Source of the DNA: Jimgerdemannia flammicorona
Lineage: Eukaryota
DNA: 33,039 nt
Assembly: GCA_003990765.1 (NCBI GenBank)
Contig: RBNJ01000325.1
Location: 1-33,039, forward strand
Reading direction: 5' to 3'
Below are positions 11,182 to 22,768 of this stretch, in pieces. Made by a program: the position numbers and the translations under genes. Under the pieces are notes generated by a model, which searched no databases, was not told the DNA's origin, and worked only from the letters and a program-made list of their open reading frames with translations. Each line of letters begins with the position of its first letter. Positions within the stretch are counted from its first letter, which is position 1.

Positions 11182-13812
11182 TTTGCTTGTGGTGAGTTTT
11201 TCAATCTGTCCAACCAATCAGTCCAACTTGGAACTGAGGTCTTGGATTTTGCTCCTGTCCTTCTTTCCTTCTATGGCTGGCCTTCTTTCTTCAGATCTTT
11301 CCTGTCCTTAAAGGAGTCCTTGTAGGGCTTTGACCAGGATATCTTCTTTGTCATCCTTCTTGTCATGGTCACTCCAGGTAGTTCCTTGTCTGATATCTAA
11401 GAATCCTTGGGCTACATCTACTTATTCTTCAGACCTTCTGATGCCTAGGGTGTAGATATGCTGGATAATGTTCAGGAGAATTCCATTCATAAAGATCATT
11501 GGACCTATAATCTCTTGGTTAGTGGCATTGAATTCAGCTACATAAATTCTCTTCTGAATTCTTGTAAAGAAGGCTCTGGCCAATTCTCTAAGGTTTATCT
11601 TTATCCTCATGATGGATTCTTAAGCCTTATGGTGGGTCTCATTTCCTGCATATTTCTTGATAAGCCAGTAGATCATGGCTTGATACTCTGCTAGCCAAGT
11701 TGTTGCTACAATAATGGCTACTCCAAGGTCTGAATTTGGATTATTGTGTGCTTAGGTAAAAATTCCTTTGCCTGGCTCTCTGAATTGGGTCTTATAGATG
11801 GCGATTTTCCTTTCAGGAGTAAGGTTTTTCAGAGCTGTAATTCCTTTTATTCTATCAAGGAATTCTCTTGAGTCTTCTTTGGGGTATTTTGCAAAGTTTG
11901 GCAATGAGGTGGCTATTTCATCATCACTGTCTTCTAGTTCTAGTTCTGGTTCTGATCTTAGTGCTGAGTCTAATTCTAATTCTGATTCTAACTCCAATAC
12001 TGATTCTGATTTGCTTTCTGAGTTGTTGCTGGAATTTGGAACACTTGGATATCCTGAGGATGGTGTGGGAAATCTTAGGCAAGGTGAAATAGGTTTGGGT
12101 ATCCTTGATGGAGCTTTTTCTTGATCTTCTTGTTCTGTGGCAGCTGGTGGTAGAGGATCAATGGGTGAAATTGGGGGGTCTCCTGCAAGGACTCAGGCTG
12201 ATGCAATAAGATCTTCAAATTATTGTATAAGCTCATCAAAAACTCTGGCAGGACTGCCTGCATAATCTAGTTAATATGGTTGATCCTGTAATAAGTCTGT
12301 TGATACTGGCTGGAGATTTTGTAATATACTGGCTTCAGGTTAGGATTCTTCTGATACTGAGTAGTTGGTAAGTCTTAAAGTAATTACTTCTCTTCCTGTC
12401 CAAATGCTGGAGATGACTGGTTCTTTTATAGTGATAGAGATTAGTATTGTATCAAATGTATCCAGTTTGACTGTGGGTTCTTGTGAGCTAAAAAGTCACA
12501 TCAATTTTGAAATCTTTCTAGTTGAGTCTCTATATATAATGTGTTTAGCTCAATGGAGGCAAATTACAAGGTTGGGGTTGATGTAGTTTCACTTGAGCCA
12601 CTAGTTACTTTATTAAAAAGCAATAAAATATTCTAAGATTCTTAGCATAATAGTCAAAGCTGGATATCTACCAGTAATTCTGACAATTTCCTTATTGGAA
12701 TGAGTTCTTAGGTATAGTAGTGATTTTGTATGAAGGACAATCTCTGTGTAGCATAATGATCTCCTTATGCATGATAGTCTGGCAATTTAGCAGTTTTCTT
12801 CCTGAGTGATAATCTCCAAAAATATGCAATTTCTATATGACAATCTCTATATAGTGTGATGGTCTCTATGTAGTATATCAGGTTCCTTATATGGTTTTGG
12901 CAGATAACTTAATTTGGCAGATGACTCAATTTTGGTATAGATTCTCCTGAATCAGCAGGCTTCTTAGATAATAACTTAGATGGTATGGATAGTTTAAATA
13001 ACTCAGATAACTCAGATGATGTGAATTCTTTCTAAATCAGCAGGCTCACTGTGAATAAAGGATAGTACAGATTCTTCTGAATTGGGCTCACTGGGAATAA
13101 ATTAATAACTTGGGTAGTAGATAATTCAATAACTTGGTTTGGTATAAATAACTCAGATTCTTGGCAAGTTATATCAAAGACTGGCTTTGTTTGTATGGGG
13201 TTATCATAGACTGGCTCCACTGTGAAGTTGTATCAAGAGACTGACTTTTGGTAAGGTTCCTTAAGAGCTCTCTGGAAATATGGGTTCTTGGCAAAGTTAT
13301 GTTGAGACTGGCTTCATTTGTACAAACAAGTTTACTGTGAAGTTATATCAATAGACTGGTTTTATGACAAGATGGCAGATTTCTTAGAAATAGCAGCTTA
13401 TTTCTTAAGCAGCAGACTACTCAAATGGTAGCAAAGTTCTTTACTTGAACTTTGATAGTAAATCTTCAGGCTTATCTAGTAAGCAAACCAAAAGCAGACT
13501 TATTCTTTATATTAGAAAGTGGACCAAAGTGGGAAAAGAAGACCAATGCACAATCTTTAGAGACTTCTTTGGTTTGTACTTCAATTTGGACTGAGGTTTA
13601 TTCACTCTTATTTCTGGGGTATTTTATACATTATAGTTACTATCTGGTTACTATCTGGATAATTATAGATTTACTATCTCTGGTAATATTTGAGTGTATC
13701 CATAGAACATGAGTGTATCTGAATATGAGTATGTCTGCTAGATACAGATGTATCCTCAGGATATATATAAACAACTCTGATTTAGTATTCTAGCTAATTA
13801 TAAGTATAATAG
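11182..13812 (-). mobile_element. Truncated gypsy element B (gag plus most of 5' LTR), a diverged relative of C/D
   Basis: Gag fragments ATSLPNFAKYPKEDSREFLD (11752-11997) and RAFFTRIQKR...MIFMNGI (11422-11610) are homologous to C/D gag. Decayed PBS at ~12516-12533; LTR from 12535. Homology ends at ~11182, before the Zn knuckle. Confidence 0.88.
12535..13812 (-). repeat. 5' LTR of element B, inner part (interrupted by element C)
   Basis: Aligns with the C LTR from 22769 (taatgtg..gctcaat.gag.caaattacaaggttgggg). TATA/AATAAA core at ~13590-13630. Confidence 0.8.
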
Positions 13813-15209
13813 TGTAATATGCCTGGCTCAATAGAGGCAAATTACAAGGTTGAGGGTTGATGTAGTTTGGCTTGAGCCCACAGTTACTTTGTCAAAAAGT
13901 AACAAAATGTTCTATATGGTCCTTGGCATTTAGTGATATAATAGTCAAGCTAGATATCGGCAAGCAGTTTGTGTGTTGATTTCCTAATTGGGATGGTTCT
14001 CTGGGTGTAGCAGTAATTTGGGTCTTTCCTTCTTGGGTCAACAGGGAATTGGTAGAATTTCATATGTAGCATGAGCAGGTTCCTTATTTGGGTCAACTGG
14101 GAATGCTACAAATTTGTGTAGTGCAATGATCTCTGTGTGATAGTCTGGCAATTCAGCGGATCTCCCTCTTGGGTGACAGGTGATCTCTATATAGCACGAT
14201 GGGTTCCTTATGAGGGACATTTTGATAATTTGGTGGATAACTTGATTTGGCTCACTGGGAATAGCGGATGGCATGAGTTCTTCTTACTGGGAATTATACT
14301 GGTAGTGGGTTCTCTGAATTAGGCTCACTGGGAACAAATGAATAACTCAGATGGTGCAGATGTCATGAATTCTTCTGAATCAGCAGCTTCAACTGGGAAT
14401 GTGGCAGATAACTTAGAAATGACAGATGACACAGATTTGGCTTTAACTGGGAATACTATTTGGATGGCACAAGTTCTTCTTCTGGGAATACAATGATGTG
14501 GATTCTGGAAATGTAGATAACTCAAATGCAGTGGATGATACAGATTCTCCTGAATCAGCAGGCTTCTGGGAAATAACTTGGATGGCACAGATAACTTGGA
14601 TGTTGCAGATTCTTCCTGAACCAGTGGCTTTAACTGGGAAATGGCAGCGAAGTTCTTCCTTGAACTTGGGTGGCAAATCTTCAGGCTTATCTAGCAAGTG
14701 AACCAAAAATGGACTCATTCTTTATATCAGAAAGTGGACCAGAGTGGAAGAGAAGAGAACCAAGCTCACAACTTCTTGGCAGTGGCTCATTGGCAGGCAT
14801 ATCTTCTAAGTGTTACAATCCTTCCTGGATCAAGTGACTTTTGGCAGATGTTTCTCCTAAGTATACCAGACAATTGACTTTTGCTTTGGTTTGTATTCAA
14901 CTTTCAGACTGAGGTTTATTCACTCTTGTCTCTGGGGTAATTTATACAAGTTAGTTGCTATCTGGTTGCTATGTGGCGAACTATAGGTTTGCTATTTGTG
15001 GCAGGTGTACAGAGTCTGTACAGTGTACAGAGTCTGTATAGGTAAACAGACCCTATCTGGTATGTCCAGCCAATTATAAGTATGGCAGCATGAGTAACTA
15101 TGATATACTGGATATCATGCTGGGAGCCTATGTCATCTGGTTAAGTATGCCAATTGTTCACATTATCTGGCTAAGTTATAATTTGGGTGGTATGTTTTGG
15201 TCTATTACA
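13813..15209 (-). repeat. 3' LTR of element C (1397 bp)
   Basis: Colinear with 22769-24226. Plus-strand ends are tgtaat (13813) and attaca (15209). Confidence 0.95.
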
Positions 15210-15248
15210 TCAGTCTCCACTGAAGGATAGTCTGTCCCAGACTGTTCC

Positions 15249-15764
15249 TCAGTCGTCATCCCAGTAAGCATAGACTGCTTCTGCATCTATACCTGTTCCA
15301 TCATCTTCATTATCTGTACTAGGGTCACTCCATTGTATGGGCTCTTCTTCTTCTTCAGGGAATAGAATTTCGACAGAATTGATGATACTCAAATAGGTAA
15401 CAGGGTTCATTCCTTGAATGTCATTCAGGGAGAACAGTTCCTGTATCAGAGCTATGACATTTTATTTATAAATGGTGTATAGTCTGTCTGCAGCAGTAGT
15501 GTCTCTCCTGGTCAGATCTGTGGTGTTCCTGATGTAGGTCTGCTCTGGGGCTGGAAGGTTCTGCAATTGTTTGCCATTTGCATAATAGGCCTGCAGTTAG
15601 TAGACTTGTAGTAGGCATCTGGCTAAGGTGAGATTTTCTTGGTGAACTTGGATCTTCTGAAGGGGGTTTCCATAGGCTTGGCCAAATTGAGGTAGAGGAA
15701 CTGGTAGGGTCTGGAAGGAGCTAAGGACCAATGTCTGGAGGCACTGATCAATCCTTTGGCTCAT
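15249..15764 (-). pseudogene. Extra ~170-aa ORF of element C downstream of integrase, unknown function, acidic C-terminus
   Basis: MSQRIDQCLQTLVLSSFQTLPVPLPQFGQAYGNPLQKIQVHQENLTLARCLLQVY*LQAYYANGKQLQNL...AADRLYTIYN / ALIQELFSLNDIQGM...EEEEE...AYWDDD*. One stop and one frameshift. The same start is present in D at 32950. Confidence 0.7.
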
Positions 15765-18700
15765 GATGCAGGGAAAAATATAGTTTGAGGAGATTGATAT
15801 GTACTGGTGTTCTCAGGGTTCATCTGTCCATGCTTCTTAAATAGATGCTAGTTCCTCTGATGTTGTATACAAGATAAGGTCCTTCCCATTTGGGTTCTAA
15901 TTTGGTGGCAAAATTTGTTTCAATCATACTTCTCCAAACTAGTACTTGATCTCCAATCTTGATCTCCTGATCCTTCTGTTTCTGGTCATAATACTTCTTT
16001 TGTCTTTCCTGGGCTTTGATAATCTGATCTCAGGCTTGATTACATAACTGTTCTGCCTTCTTAAGGAGGTCTCCAAGATTCTCATGGTCAGGAGTCCTGA
16101 TTTTCTTGGCAAATATCATTTCAAATGGCTTTTGTTTAGTGGAGACAGCAGGGGTATTCTGAATTTCCCATAGGATCTCAGGTAAGCAGAGGTCTCAATT
16201 GGTAGAATTGACTCAGGCAAGTCTCTTCTTGATGGTCTGGTTCATTCTTTCTGTCATGCCATTGGTCTGAGGGTAATATGATATGGTCCATTTGAGATAG
16301 ATCTTGTGAATTTGGGCATAACTTGTGATTATGTTATTGATGAATTCTGTGCCTCAGTCAGAGATAAGTTCTTCTGGGGATTCATATCTGAGTGTGAGTC
16401 TATGGAGAAGGCCTACAATGGTTAGGGTATCTGTGATTTCCATTGAGAAAGCCTTGGGCCACTTGGTCAGATATTCTACAAATATAAGGATGTATTTGTT
16501 TCTTCTTAGTGTAACTGATAGAGGTCCAATTTCATCTATTTTCCATCTCTGAAAGATATTGTCTGATGGTACAATTGGTTGCAGTGGTGCTTGATAGTTC
16601 TTCCTTCCTTAGTACTTCTGGCAGATGTCACATTTCTTAACTATATTCTGGACTTGTGTTCTAAGATTGGGCCAATGTTGGTGTATTGTTTGCAGCTTCT
16701 CTTCTACATTTGCCTGTCCTTGGTGGGCTTTCTGATGTTCTTTTTGGATGAGATTTTCTTGTACCTTGATGGTCTGAGGAGCTTTCTTTAGGATGTAGTT
16801 TCTTGGAACACCCTTCTTCTGGTTCATTGGGGCTGGTGGGAAAGTACATCAACATTATTGTGGGTTTTCTCTGTTTTGTAAATAATGGTAATTTTGTAAT
16901 CCTGAAGGATAAGGATCCAGCAGGCTAGGATTCTGGTGGGTTCCTTGCAGTTGAATAGCCATTTGAGGGCTGCATGATCTGTGATCAGAGTGAACTTTTT
17001 TTCAATGAGGTAATGTTTGAACAGGGTGACCACCCATATGACTGCAAGGTATTTCAGTTTGGTGCTACCATAGTTCATCTGCTGCTGATTGGTAGCTCTG
17101 CTTGCATAGGCTATCATATGGTACTGTTGATCAGGTCCTTCTTGGGCCAGAACTGCCCCAAGACCATCTTTAGAAGCATCTGTATATAAGATGAATGGCT
17201 TCTGTAGATTGGGGTGCATAAGGATTGGTGCTGTAGTCATGTGGTTCTTGAGTTCTCTGAAGGCTTTTTCTTATATTTCTGTCCATTTGAATGGCACTCC
17301 TTTCTTGAGAAGGATTCGGATTGGGGCAGTGATTTGGACAAAGTCTTTGATAAACCTTCTGTAGTGGGATACTAGCATCAGAAATGATAGTGTTTCCTTT
17401 GGGGTTTTGGGTGCTGGCCAATTGTTAATTTTTTCAGTTTTCTTTGGGTCTGTATGAGTTCCTTCTTTTGAAACTATGAATCCAAGGAATTCAAGTTTCT
17501 GTTTCTCAAAGTAGCATTTCTTTGTATTCATCCTCATGAGGTTCTTGTGGGTGAGCTTGAAGAATTCCTCTGGGTGGTGCAGATGTTCTTCGAAATTTGC
17601 TGAATAGATATTGGAATCATCCATGTATACAATCAGACAGTGGTAGATCAAGCGAGCATAGACTGAATTCATCATCCTCTGAAAGGTGGGGGGTGCATTG
17701 CAAAGTCCAAAGGGCATTCGGAGGTACTCAAACAGTTTTTCTAGAGCAAGAAAAGCTGTCTTTTGAATGTCCTTGGGGTCCATGGAGATCTCATGGAATC
17801 CTGTGAAGAGGACTGCTGAAGTATCTGGCATCTTGTAACTGATCCAAGAGGTCATCAATTCTGGGCAGAGGATAGGCATCCTTTTCAGTTACTGAATTGA
17901 GTTTCCTGTAATCTACACAGAGTCTCCATCCTCCTTTCTTTGGTACAATAAGTATAGGGCTGGCCCAGGGGCTGGTAGAGGGTCAGATGACCCCATTGTT
18001 TAAGAGTTCTTGAATGTGCTCCTTTTTGAATGTTTTCAAGTGATAGGGTATTCTATAGGGTTTCTGCCAGATGGGTGTTGCATTTTCTGTATTTATGCTG
18101 TGGTGATATGCTGGATTTTATGGCAGGTTGCCATAATCAGTGGCGAAGATATCTTGATATTTGTTGAGAAGTTCTACTAGTTGTTGTTGTTGTTGAGATG
18201 TCAATTCTTCTCCAATATTGGTGGAAGGCTTCACTGTCTCCTGGGTCGCAGAGGGGCCTTTCCTTTCTTCTGGGACCTTTTGCCATTTCCCAATAGGTTT
18301 AGTTCATAAACTTCTCTATGAGTTCGGTTGAGAAAAGGTACCAGGTATCCTATGATGGTTCCTTTCAGCAAGATGATGGTTTCCCAACTTTGGTTGGTTG
18401 CTCGGGAGTATACTGGGTTCATCTTGTTGGGGAATGTGTGTCCCTCTATATCCAGATGGGGAATATCTTCCTTGGGTTCAAAGAAAAGATTCCTGGGGTC
18501 GAGTGGTGCAAAGATTTCAAAGGTTGTTTATTCTCCAGGCTCCAGGATAAGATTCTTGTGCAGTCTGACTGGTTGCTGGTACACTTGCTGGGGAACATTT
18601 CTCTTGAGATGGTTGACTTGAAGGAGGTATACTTCCTTTCTGTCTGAACTTCCAAATCCCTTGGCTTGTCTTGTTCCTTCAGTTGGTTTAGAGACTTCTT

Positions 18701-21700
18701 GTAACTGTGGGGTCTTGACTTTCATGAAGACTACTTGGGCAATCTTCTGTCCTCTAATGATTCGGTACTATTCTGCACTGCTGTTGTGTAAGATAACCTT
18801 GATTTCGCCTGTATATCCTGGGTCAATAGTTCCTCCTTCCACAGTTATCCCTTGTCTGGCAAGTCTGGACCTTGAGGTCAATTAGATATAAGCTCTCTGA
18901 GGTGGCTGCATGGCTAACGTGGTTCTGATCATAAAGGTCTTTCCAGGTTTGATATATTCATCCTCCAGACTGTTGAGGTCATACCCTATATCTACCAGGT
19001 GGGCTTTGGTCGGGGGTTTGGCCTTGGGGTGCAGCAGGGCATACTGGGCAATATCCTTGCTGAGTTCAGGCTTACCTAAGGCTGAAGCTCTACTAGCAGA
19101 GAGCCTCTAAGCTCTGAGGTTGAGGTGTGGCCATCTGGCTCCAGTGGAAGGGTCTCGGAGGTAATTAATTCCCCTTATTCCTGTAGGGTCTAGGGCTTCC
19201 ATAAAGTTGGTGACATCTTCTGCCCATCCTTGGTGGGTTGCATGTCTGATGAGAGCTAGGATGTCTTCTCCCAAATTGTAGATCTTGAGAATTCTTTTTC
19301 CTGACTTCTTGGTCTGACTTTTTCAGATCTGGCTTCAGTTATCTCCTCTCTTCAAGGTGTGAACTACAACATCATGGCTGAGATGGACCTTCTGTTGTCT
19401 GCAATCTCAGCAGTCTGTGTGTCTTCTATGGTTGCAATATCCCATTGCTTGGAAATGATGTTCCTGAATATTGATCTCTTGTTGTCTCAGGAATCAGTAC
19501 CCATCTTGATCATAAGTTGGGGGAAGGGTAGATAAGGGGTATATTTCTGTTAGGGTGAAGAAGTCTTGTCCTCTAAATCGACTTTGTAACCTTATGGTAA
19601 CTTCTTGAAAGGTGGTTGACTGTGCAAGTGTAGTTGGGGGTTCTGGTCTCTGGGGTATCTGTCTTTCTTGTTGGTCTAACAGATGACACTAATAGCAGTA
19701 GTCTTGGGGAGAGTGGAAGACCATTTGGTGTAGGCATCTTCCTAGCTGAAAGGCCTTCTCTTGGTGAGTTTCTTTCTTAGAGATAATTATTATCATACTG
19801 GGTCCTTCTTCTATATTCCAAGGGTCATTGTCCTTGAGTAGTGTCCATCAAGGGTCATCCCAGAGAATGAGTTCAGGGACTTCTTCCTCCTTGGGTACTT
19901 TTTGTTCAGGAACTTCTTGGTCAGAAGTTTCTTCTTCCTCAGATGATTCTTGACCCCAAATTGCTTGTACTTCTGCAGCTTTAGTCGCAGGTGTTTCTGG
20001 AATATGTCTGCATTTCTTCTTCTTCTTTCTGCATTCTGAGCAGGCTGTGCCAGGTGATTTCCTTGTTCCCATGATCTTGGAGGAATGCTCAGGACACCTG
20101 TGTCTCTTAAGGCAGGTAGGACATCCTTTGGCTTCTTCTGCAATAGCTTCAATAGTGATAGAGATGGTGTTCTTGGCCCACACATTATCTTCTGGTCTGT
20201 CATCCACCAGATTAATTCAGAGATTAAGTTGGGGATCATTTCTGTCTTCAGATTCTTTTTCCTTTTTTGTAGTAGACTCCTTGCTGCTGGTATATTCTTC
20301 CTGAATAGTGACCTTCTTCTTCTTCGATTGCTCATAGCTGGTTACCTTAACTCTGTACTTCTTGCCTCAGTAGTCAAACTTAAGTACTTGTTGGCCAATA
20401 TCAACAACTGCATTCATTTCCTTCATCCAGTTGGTGTCAAGAATCATGTCATAGGTGACAGCTTCAGTGACAACAGCTTTGGGGATGGAGAACTGAATGT
20501 GACCAAGGGAGATGGTGATATTTCATACTTCTCCAAAGGGTTGAGTTCAGGCTCCATCTGCTACTATGATGCTGAGGTTGGATGGTCCATCAATGGGCCA
20601 TTGGAGGGTGTCCAGGAACCATTTGGCAATGACACAGATAGCTGCTCCTGTGTCTATGAGAATCTTCGCATTTTGTCCTCCAATATCTCCATGTAAGTAG
20701 GTGCTGACATATCTTTCAGCTGTCTGAACAAGGATGGGAACTGGTTCTTGCTGTGGGATTGGGACTCAGCCAGTGCTAGACCTGGTGGTTCTCAGCAATT
20801 TGTTTCAGACTCCAGCTGGTATCAATTTCAGGAACTGCAGGAGGGGAATATCCATCTTGGTCTCTTGGATCTTCTGCCAGGCTTCATTGTAGATGTCTCT
20901 AGGCATGGGCTTTGGGGTATACTTTCTTGGGCTTTGGGGCAACAGGTTCCTGTTCTTCTTGTTCCATTTCTTCATCCTCTGGTGGTAACTCATTTGTCTT
21001 GGGAATAAAAGATAATGGGGTTTGGGGAGATGTTTCTACCTGTTCCTCTTCATGTTCTTCATCTTCTTCTTGGATGATTCTTCTGCTGATATTCCTGGAT
21101 GGCCTTCCCACAGGTCTCTTCCTTTTCTCTGCTGGGTAAACTGTTTTTCGAGAGGTGACCTTGGTAGGGTACAAGTCTAGATCACTATAGTCTTTACTGT
21201 TACTTGCTTCCTCGAAATATTCCACAGGATGGGCTTCACTCTTCTTGTACTGAGTGTCATTCCTGCAGTTTAGTGGTTCTGAGTCCCTTTGGTCACTTAT
21301 TTTATTGTCACATTCAGTAGAATAGTGTCTGAATTGTCCACAGTAAAAGTATTGGACTTGGGCTCTATCTCAGACAGGGTATTCTCTCTTCTTACTGATA
21401 ACTCCTGTTATCTCTGGGTGGATAACCTTGGCTCCTCTGTGGTGGGTATTCTATATTGTCTTGGTAGCTCTAATTTTTGCATATAGTGAGTTTTTCAATC
21501 TGTCCAACCAATCAGTCCAACTTGGAGCTGAGGTCTTGGATTTCACTTCTATCCTTCTTTTCTTCCTTGGCTGGCCTTCTTTCTTCAGATCTTTCTTGTT
21601 CTTGAAGGAGTCCTTGTAGGGATTTGACCAGGATGTCTTCTTTCTCTTCTTTCCTGTCATGATCACTCCAGGTAGTTTCTTGTCTGACATCAAGGAATCC

Positions 21701-22210
21701 CTGGGCTATATCTACTTGCTCTTCAGACCTTCTGATGCCTAGGGTGTGGACATACTTGGTAATATTTGGGGGAATTCCATTCATGAAGGTCATTGGACTG
21801 ATGATGTCCTGATTGATGGCATTGAACCCAGCAGCATGCATTCTCTTCTAGATTCTTGTGAAGAAGGCTCTGAGTGATTCTCCAAGATTCATCTTCATCC
21901 CCATGATGGATTTCTGAGCCTTGTGGTGGGTTTCATTTCCTGTATACTTTTCAATGAGCCAGTGGACCATGGCCTCATATTCTAGCTCATAAGACATTGC
22001 TACTTGTATCTGTCTTGCCAGTTCTGAATCTGGGTTGTTTGCTGTTCAATAGAAAATTCCTCTAGCTGGTTCTCTGAGCTGAGCATTGTAGATGGCGATT
22101 TTTCTTTCATCTGAGAGATTTCTCAAGACTGTGATTCCTTCAATTCCATCAAGGAATTCTCTGGAGTCTTCCTCCGGGTATCCTGTAAAGGTTGGCAATG
22201 AGGTGGCCAT
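15761..22210 (-). pseudogene. gag-pol of element C (frame probably extends upstream toward ~22740)
   Basis: ORF pieces 22046-22375 and 21512-21841 (gag), 19848-20207, 18528-18725, 17271-17879 (RT), 16824-17240 (RNase H), 16609-16827 (integrase HHCC). Confidence 0.93.
18645..19065 (-). pseudogene. dUTPase domain in pol of element C
   Basis: Minus strand encodes DIGYDL (motif 1), TSRSRLARQG (2), EGGTIDPGYTGEIKV (3), RGQKIAQ (4), TRQAKGFGSS (5). Confidence 0.92.
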
Positions 22211-22749
22211 TTCTTCATCACTTTCTTCTAATTCTAGTTTGGGTTCAGATTCTGATTCTGATTCACTTTCTGAGCTATCACTGGAGGTGGGGGTGCTTGG
22301 GTATCTTGAGGATAGTGTTCTGGACCTTGGACAAAGTGGGATAAGTCTAGGTATTCTTGTAGGAGCTACTTCCAACTCTGCAAGGGGTTGTGGTAAAGGT
22401 TCTATTGGTGAAATTGGTGGGACTGGTATGGGGCATCTGGCTGTAAGGTCTCAGGTTCATGTAATAAAATCTTCTAGTTCTTGTACAAGTTCTTCAAAAT
22501 CTCTAGCAGAACTGCATGTATTGTCTGATTGATCTGGTTGGGAATTTCAGGCTGCACTGCCATTTGGTTCTGGTTGGGATCCTTCTGATGCTGGGTAGTT
22601 GGCAAGTCTTGATGTGATTACTTCTCTTCCTGTCCAAATGCTGGTGATGACTGGTTTTTCTGTAGTAGCAGAGGTTAGTGTTGTATCAAATATATCCAGT
22701 TTGACTGTGGGTTCTTATGAGCTAAAAAGTCATGTTGATTTTGAAATCT

Positions 22750-22766
22750 TCCCAGTTGAGCCTCCA
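22750..22766 (-). promoter_or_regulatory. Primer-binding site of element C
   Basis: TGGAGGCTCAACTGGGA begins 2 nt inside the 5' LTR end. Complementary to a tRNA ending ...GAGCCU-CCA (U discriminator, Gln- or Cys-type; identity not established). Confidence 0.8.
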
Positions 22767-22768
22767 AA

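Noticed and set aside
20085..20696. Conserved ~200-aa antisense ORF (also 27849-28463)
   Set aside because: It lies opposite the protease region, and its presence in both copies is explained by shared sense-strand sequence. The starts are non-ATG and there is no independent evidence.
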